Both the position numbers and the translations under genes were made by a program. Of a DNA stretch of 64,000 bases, positions 59,786 through 64,000 are shown piece by piece. The stretch spans positions 1-64,000 of the forward strand of contig JBNGBT010000004.1 of assembly GCA_049903315.1 (NCBI GenBank), in the 5' to 3' direction. Each line of letters opens with the position of its first letter. Positions within the stretch are counted from its first letter, which is position 1. This DNA comes from Candidatus Cloacimonadota bacterium. GTDB taxonomy: Bacteria; Cloacimonadota; Cloacimonadia; JGIOTU-2. The notes below the pieces were generated by a model. That model saw only the letters and a list, made by a program, of their open reading frames with translations. It was not told the DNA's origin and made no database searches.

Positions 59786-61330
59786 ATGAGAAAAAAATTA
59801 GCAATTTTCCTTCTTCTCTTTCTTTTAAGTACTAATTCGATTTATGCAGATTTCACCGTCCCTCTGGATGATGAGGTTTACGATTATCTGCAATCTATGG
59901 AAATCTTGGATAAAATACCATCAAATGCTGTTTATCCGAAATATTATGATCGTATCGAAAATTACCTTTACGATATCGCTGATGAAGATATTCCAAGAAG
60001 CTATAAAGAGCTGAATAGAAAATATTTATCATTCATGAAAATCGATGATGAAGATGGGTTTCATTCAGAAATAATTCCTCTAAAAGAACTTCCTTGGAAA
60101 ATATTAAAGCCAAATAGTATTGATGAATCAAGATCATCATTTTTATCATATAAGAAAGATGATCTCAATCTATTTTCATCATTTATACTTGGCATTGACT
60201 ATGACATAAAAAACGATGACGATCAGCAGCATAGAACTTATCAATATTATGGTCTGGAATTTGGTGGTAACTTTCAAAAAAATCTAGGACTATATACTCG
60301 TTATAGAAAAGGCAATTATACTGGTGATTACGACTTCATTCATGAAGATCCTTATATTCATCATAGCGGAGGAATGGATCGTAAAGTGTCTGTTTATTCC
60401 GAATTTGATTTCAAGAATCCTGTTCTGGATCTTTCTATTGGTTATAGTAACTTCAAAATTGGGAAAAATATTACTTCATCCGTAATTCTAAACGGAATGA
60501 CTAATCCATTTGGGTATTTTAAATATTATAAAAAAATTGGTAAGTTTAATTTTATGGCATTTAATTCACAACTTACTGCAGATAGTGTGACCATCTCATC
60601 AGAATTTCCGGTTAAATCATTTTCTCTGCAAACTCTCTATTATCAAACTGAAAGATTGCAGGTTGGTGTTGGACAGTCAGTTATATATGGTAACAAAACT
60701 ATAGATATTGCCTACTGGACTCCCTTGATGGTATTCAAGCTTATTGATTTTAAAAATCACAATAGAGATAATGAATTTGTATTTGCTTATTCAACATGGA
60801 TTCCTTTTAATGGTATATTGCATTATTTCAATTTATTTATGGATGATTTAAAAAAGAGTCAATTATTTACTAAAGATTGGCTTACAAATTTTGCTTTACA
60901 GACAGGATTCATGTATCAGTCTTCATCATTTCCGTTGAGATTGTCAGCTGAATGCACTGCAGTCGGACCAACTACATATGCTCATCGTGATTATGAACTG
61001 ATTTATTCACAGGATAATATGCTCTTAGGATATTTATATGGATCAAACCTATTCAACCTTTCATTCCAGATAAACTATATGAATCCATATTTCATTGCTG
61101 AGATCCAATACGAGAATATGCAGCAAGGAAGCAATGGAAGCGACCCTTTTAGTTGTGATACTGATCCAGCTGAGTTCCTTTCCGGTGAATTCACTCGTAC
61201 GCAAAGATTAACTGGAAAAATATCTTTTTATTTAAATCAACATCTCAAAGCAAAGGTACAATATTCGATTATTGATAAAGTTAATAAAACCATCAATTAT
61301 CTTTATTCTGGATTGGAGTTTCAATTTTGA
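59786..61330 (+). CDS. Wzi-like capsule-assembly outer-membrane protein
   Basis: Signal peptide, beta-strand pattern, DNEF, MDDL, TY.H, LGY..GSN, terminal Phe. Confidence 0.6.
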   Translation: MRKKLAIFLLLFLLSTNSIYADFTVPLDDEVYDYLQSMEILDKIPSNAVYPKYYDRIENYLYDIADEDIPRSYKELNRKYLSFMKIDDEDGFHSEIIPLKELPWKILKPNSIDESRSSFLSYKKDDLNLFSSFILGIDYDIKNDDDQQHRTYQYYGLEFGGNFQKNLGLYTRYRKGNYTGDYDFIHEDPYIHHSGGMDRKVSVYSEFDFKNPVLDLSIGYSNFKIGKNITSSVILNGMTNPFGYFKYYKKIGKFNFMAFNSQLTADSVTISSEFPVKSFSLQTLYYQTERLQVGVGQSVIYGNKTIDIAYWTPLMVFKLIDFKNHNRDNEFVFAYSTWIPFNGILHYFNLFMDDLKKSQLFTKDWLTNFALQTGFMYQSSSFPLRLSAECTAVGPTTYAHRDYELIYSQDNMLLGYLYGSNLFNLSFQINYMNPYFIAEIQYENMQQGSNGSDPFSCDTDPAEFLSGEFTRTQRLTGKISFYLNQHLKAKVQYSIIDKVNKTINYLYSGLEFQF

Positions 61331-61393
61331 GTTTGAGGATTCATATATAGAGTAGAGATTCAGAATGTCCATAACCAACATTCCCCATCCTAA

Positions 61394-61783
61394 ATGACCA
61401 TCAACAATAATGTTTTCCGGATTCTCTTCTGGCTTTCCCTCGCGATTATCACAATTGCATCGATTATTCCTCAATTTTTCCCGCAGCGTGTTAAAATTTC
61501 TCATGATTTTTCGTTTCGGTTAGATTACGTACTTCATTTTCTCAGTTATTTTTTCTTAGCTTCTTTTCTCACATTCTGGAAATTTTCAAAGAATAAAAAG
61601 TATAAGCTTATTTTATTTATCGTAATTTTTGGGATTATCGTAAGTTCAATTTTTGAAACCATCCAATATTTTCTTCCATCCAGAACATTCAATCCTTATG
61701 ACATGCTTTGCAATTTTTCTGGATTCATTATTGGGCTCGTTTCTTCGCTGATTTATCTAAGAATAAATATTCGATCGAAATAA
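61394..61783 (+). CDS. VanZ-family membrane protein
   Basis: DYVLHF.SY, ETIQYFLPSRTF...DMLCN..G. Confidence 0.85.
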   Translation: MTINNNVFRILFWLSLAIITIASIIPQFFPQRVKISHDFSFRLDYVLHFLSYFFLASFLTFWKFSKNKKYKLILFIVIFGIIVSSIFETIQYFLPSRTFNPYDMLCNFSGFIIGLVSSLIYLRINIRSK

Positions 61784-61915
61784 ATTAGAAGAAATAATCA
61801 ACGATCTGTACGAACAAGCATAACTATAGAAATAAGAAATGAAATTTTGTAATATTCAGTTCAGTATAGTTAGTGTTCTTTGTTAATAAGCATTATAATT
61901 TAAAAACATTTAAAT

Positions 61916-62299
61916 ATGGATTTGATCTACAAAGAAGAATTTTACAAAATTAAAAAAGCTTGTATAATAGTTCGGAGAAAGCTAGGCAATGGATTTTTGG
62001 AGAAAGTTTATGAAAATGCCCTATCCATTGAATTGAAGAAATTAGGATTTATTATTGAATTACAGAAGGAATTGTTAGTTTACTATGACGATAAAATCAT
62101 TGGGAAATATTATGCAGATATTGTTGTTGATAATAAAATCATTATTGAGCTGAAAACTGTTTCGAGGATCTTACCAATACATAAATCTCAACTTCTTAAC
62201 TATCTTGTTGCAACTGGTTTTGAGTTGGGTGTTTTAATAAATTTTCCAAACGATAGTAATGGTTTTGAAATTGAAAGAATACCAAATTTCAGAAAATAA
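61916..62299 (+). CDS. GxxExxY protein
   Basis: LGNGFLEKVYENAL, YADIVV, IIELK, QLLNYL, GVLINF. Confidence 0.92.
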   Translation: MDLIYKEEFYKIKKACIIVRRKLGNGFLEKVYENALSIELKKLGFIIELQKELLVYYDDKIIGKYYADIVVDNKIIIELKTVSRILPIHKSQLLNYLVATGFELGVLINFPNDSNGFEIERIPNFRK

Positions 62300-62306
62300 T
62301 AAGATA

Positions 62307-62550
62307 GCAACGAACGCTAACGAACAGAGACGAACAAGATTAATTAAAATACTTAAATACATCATTTCCGAATTTATTATTAAAGTATCTTTTGTTAGGT
62401 GTTGTTAGTGTTTGTTAGTTGCAAAATAAGATAGCAACGAACGATAACGAATGGGAACGAACAAACATAAATGTATGTGCTAACAATTAAACAGTGTCAA
62501 AGCCGTTTTCTTAATATTTTTGTTCGTTTTTGTTAGCGTTTGTTAGTTGC
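62307..62550. repeat. Two tandem ~117-bp hairpin units with 10-nt periodic arms
   Basis: Units 62307-62422 and 62434-62550. Each begins GCAACGAACG.TAACGAA....ACGAACAA and ends TTGTT.G.T.TTGTTAG.GTTTGTTAGTTGC, with different AT-rich loops. A degenerate copy lies at ~61799-61884. Confidence 0.85.
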
Positions 62551-62570
62551 TAATTATATAAAGGAGACTC

Positions 62571-64000
62571 ATGAAAAATATGTCGATTTCCCCCAATGGA
62601 ACTGAATACCAGCTTCCAACTGAAGAGCAATCAGCTAAGGAGTTAGACGTACTAAAAAAAATCACTGAAGAACAAAGGAAACTCGGACGTAAAATTGTGG
62701 CAGTCCAGGGCATGGGTTTTGTCGGATGTGTCATGGCAGCAGTTGTAGCAGATGCAGTTGACGAGGATGGGAATCCCCTATACTTCGTTCACGGTCAGCA
62801 AAGAGCGTCTGCGCGTTCCTTCTGGAAAGTACCAGTCATCAACACCGGAGTTCCACCGGTAAGTTCATCAGACGCTGAAGTTCCTGAAATTTTCCACAGG
62901 ACTGTTGTTGAAAAGAAAACACTTCGAGCAACTTGGCTGAATTATGCCTATGAAATAGCTGATGTTGTGGTGGTAGATATTCAGCTGGATGCCACCAAAC
63001 CTGCCTTTGGAGATGCATCTCAGGGATATTGCGATATGTCTGCATTCAGGGATGGTATGAAAACACTTGGCAAGTATATTTCACGTGAGTGTCTTATTCT
63101 CGTAGAAACAACTGTACCTCCTGGTACTTGTCAAAATGTGGTGAAACCAGTTATTGAGGAGGAATTCACAAAACGCGGGATTGATATTAAAAAAAGTCCC
63201 CCATTGATCGCACACTCTTATGAACGAGTTATGCCCGGCGCAAAATATGTCAGTTCCATTCGTGATTTCTGGCGTGTGTTTTCCGGAGTGAATGAAAAAA
63301 GTAAAGAGATCGCTCGTGAGTTCTTAAATAATATTCTCGATACCGAGAAATATCCTCTAACAGAATTGGATAATACAAATGCATCAGAACTCTCCAAAGT
63401 TATGGAGAATTCCTATCGCGCAACCAATATTGCACTCACTCTTGAGTGGGCAAAATGTGCAGAAAAGATCGGCGTGGATCTTCATAAAGTACGTGTTGCG
63501 ATTCGTAAACGTAAAGGAACACATGATAATCTGTTGCGACCAAGTCTTGGTGTTGGTGGATATTGTCTCACCAAAGATCCGGTTCTGGCAAACTGGGCAA
63601 TGGACGCGATCTTCCATATTGACGAGAAATTGAAGATAGCCATCAATTCTGTTGACGTGAATGACAAAATGCCGCTCCATACGATCGATCTAATCCAAGA
63701 GGAGTATCCAGAGCTAAAAGATATAAAGATTGTTGTTCTAGGGGTCTCATATCTCGAAGATCTTGGTGATACACGACATTCACCCTCCGAAACCTTGATA
63801 AAATTCTTGAATGAGTATTGGGCAGTTGTCAAAACGCATGATCCTTATGTGGAATATTGGGCAGAAATGGAGAATGTTCCGATAGAAAAATCTCTGGAAG
63901 AAGCATTAAAAGGAATTGATGTCATCATATTTGCAGTTGGGCATACAGAATACCTTGAGCTCATTCCGGATGATGTTGTGAAGATGTCAGAAGGCAAACC
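62571..64000 (+). CDS. UDP-glucose/GDP-mannose dehydrogenase-family nucleotide-sugar dehydrogenase (runs off the window; absent from the ORF track)
   Basis: AAGGAG RBS, ATG 62571. My translation gives VQGMGFVG, VETTVPPGT, HSYERVMPG, SKVMENSYRATNIA, GVGGYCLTKDP. Confidence 0.9.
   Translation, partial: MKNMSISPNGTEYQLPTEEQSAKELDVLKKITEEQRKLGRKIVAVQGMGFVGCVMAAVVADAVDEDGNPLYFVHGQQRASARSFWKVPVINTGVPPVSSSDAEVPEIFHRTVVEKKTLRATWLNYAYEIADVVVVDIQLDATKPAFGDASQGYCDMSAFRDGMKTLGKYISRECLILVETTVPPGTCQNVVKPVIEEEFTKRGIDIKKSPPLIAHSYERVMPGAKYVSSIRDFWRVFSGVNEKSKEIAREFLNNILDTEKYPLTELDNTNASELSKVMENSYRATNIALTLEWAKCAEKIGVDLHKVRVAIRKRKGTHDNLLRPSLGVGGYCLTKDPVLANWAMDAIFHIDEKLKIAINSVDVNDKMPLHTIDLIQEEYPELKDIKIVVLGVSYLEDLGDTRHSPSETLIKFLNEYWAVVKTHDPYVEYWAEMENVPIEKSLEEALKGIDVIIFAVGHTEYLELIPDDVVKMSEGK

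Noticed and set aside
62307..62550. Possible CRISPR array (repeats with variable inserts)
   Set aside because: Only two units, built from long imperfect inverted arms rather than identical direct repeats; no cas genes or leader.
62543..63832. Short ORFs listed in the track at the window end
   Set aside because: Shadows of the long + strand dehydrogenase starting at 62571, which the track missed because it has no stop in the window.

Overview
AT-rich bacterial window. A secreted protein with a FlgD-Ig/T9SS-like C-terminal domain suggests an FCB-superphylum host such as Cloacimonadota (inference). (1) 1-14.9 kb is an accessory island dense in toxin-antitoxin and nucleotidyltransferase modules (two AbiE-type, BrnTA-like, HipBA, two DUF6036-like NTase pairs, MNT-HEPN) plus AAA_14 ATPases. 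Several toxin genes are broken. The GC-rich hipBA pair is bounded by two attC-like sites and looks like an integron cassette, with no integrase in the window. (2) 14.9-64 kb is one co-oriented surface-polysaccharide locus of at least 49 kb with unusual tailoring chemistry: a 2-hydroxyethylphosphonate route (CT-PepM, Ppd, Fe-ADH); an actinomycete-style dTDP-2,6-dideoxy/4-amino sugar route (RmlAB, 2,3-dehydratase, 3-ketoreductase, VioA-like aminotransferase) followed directly by a class II DAHP synthase, oxidoreductase, ATP-grasp ligase and dehydroquinate synthase; acetamidino (WbuXYZ-like) and 2,3-diacetamido-uronate (WbpBDE-like) modules; and Wzx, Wzy-like and Wzi-like genes. The top candidate for an undescribed system is the DAHP synthase/DHQ synthase/ATP-grasp block, which may put a quinate-type cyclitol amide on a trideoxy amino sugar. 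Also seen: an IS1595 element next to the 3' remnant of a second phosphonoacetaldehyde reductase, periodic inverted repeats around four-helix-bundle and GxxExxY genes, and a 16-bp perfect palindrome that has replaced part of a gene. All family assignments come from motif recognition by eye; no searches were run.
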